Assembly: GCA_963805625.1 (NCBI GenBank)
Contig: CAWDVE010000017.1
Coordinates: 608,001 to 672,000, forward strand
DNA from: an uncultured Candidatus Rokubacteria bacterium
Lineage (GTDB): Bacteria > Methylomirabilota > Methylomirabilia > Rokubacteriales > DASRDR01
DNA: 64,000 bases
Direction of reading: 5' to 3'
Part shown: one piece after another, positions 63,541 through 64,000 of the stretch
Layout: each line of letters begins with the position of its first letter
Position numbering within the stretch: position 1 is the first letter of the stretch
Made by a program: the position numbers and the translations under genes
Notes under the pieces: generated by a model
Told to the model about the DNA's origin: nothing
Seen by the model: only the letters and a program-made list of their open reading frames with translations
Database searches by the model: none

Positions 63541-63713
63541 TTGGACTGTCTCGGAACTCTGGCGCCCTTCTCCCGCGCCTCGGACAGGCCGATGGCGATG
63601 GCCTGCTTTCGGCTCGTCACCCGCTGGCCGCTTCCGCTTCTCAGCGTGCCCTTCTTCCGGCGTCGCATCGCGGACTTGACGGCCTTGCCCGCGCCCTTGC
63701 CGTAACGAGCCAT
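63537..63713 (-). CDS. Small basic protein (DUF6496-like)
   Basis: GTLRSGSGQRVTSRKQAIAIGLSEAREKGA; RBS GGAGG. Confidence 0.8.
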   Translation of the reverse strand: MARYGKGAGKAVKSAMRRRKKGTLRSGSGQRVTSRKQAIAIGLSEAREKGARVPRQSK

Positions 63714-64000
63714 GGTGTCCTCCCGGCCGAAGCCATCGCGTCGTGAGTCTTCAATCGCGAAGACTCGTTTCCGAACGGCTGCGCCCCGTAAAGGGCCCGC
63801 GAAGCGAGCCCTGCGACGTCCGCACCGGACGAGCAGTGCGGCCACCCTGGCCGAGGGACCGTATTCTCGGCTTTCCGCGATCACGACGAGAGGTCCGGTC
63901 ACGACACGCTGACGCGGCCGGCGAAACGGCGGCGGGCGAGTACGCTGATGACGGCGCTGGCGGCCCCCAGAATGCCGACAATCGTGAGGGTCCCGACGAG

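Overview
High-GC (~70%) bacterial DNA. The gene style suggests a soil/sediment organism such as Candidatus Rokubacteria (inference only). After a cytoplasmic S8 peptidase plus MBL hydrolase pair, the window is largely a general-stress/desiccation island. It contains lipid-remodelling genes, a gas-vesicle operon (gvpJ-gvpA-HK-RR-gvpF/L-gvpG-ArsA/GET3-type ATPase-gvpF/L-gvpS-gvpF/L-gvpK, no gvpN or gvpC seen), hemerythrin, an encapsulin remnant, glycogen/trehalose genes (glgX, treY fragment, treZ, GDE), CsbD, BON/OsmY, ElaB-like, DUF1328/3309-type small proteins, Fe/Mn SOD and a cardiolipin-synthase-like PLD. The strongest unannotated signal is regulatory. I read about 20 sigma-54 (-24/-12) promoters and about 14 copies of a 30-bp palindrome (GTCA-N3-TGTCG-N6-CGACA-N3-TGAC), most lying about 35-120 bp upstream of a promoter. 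A local HK/NtrC-family pair is the candidate activator, and six promoters have an ATG exactly 14 nt after the -12 C (probably leaderless). Many genes, especially at 41-58 kb, carry single-base frameshifts and abrupt junctions that look like long-read/assembly errors, so pseudogene calls are provisional. No rRNA, tRNA, CRISPR array or transposase was recognised.
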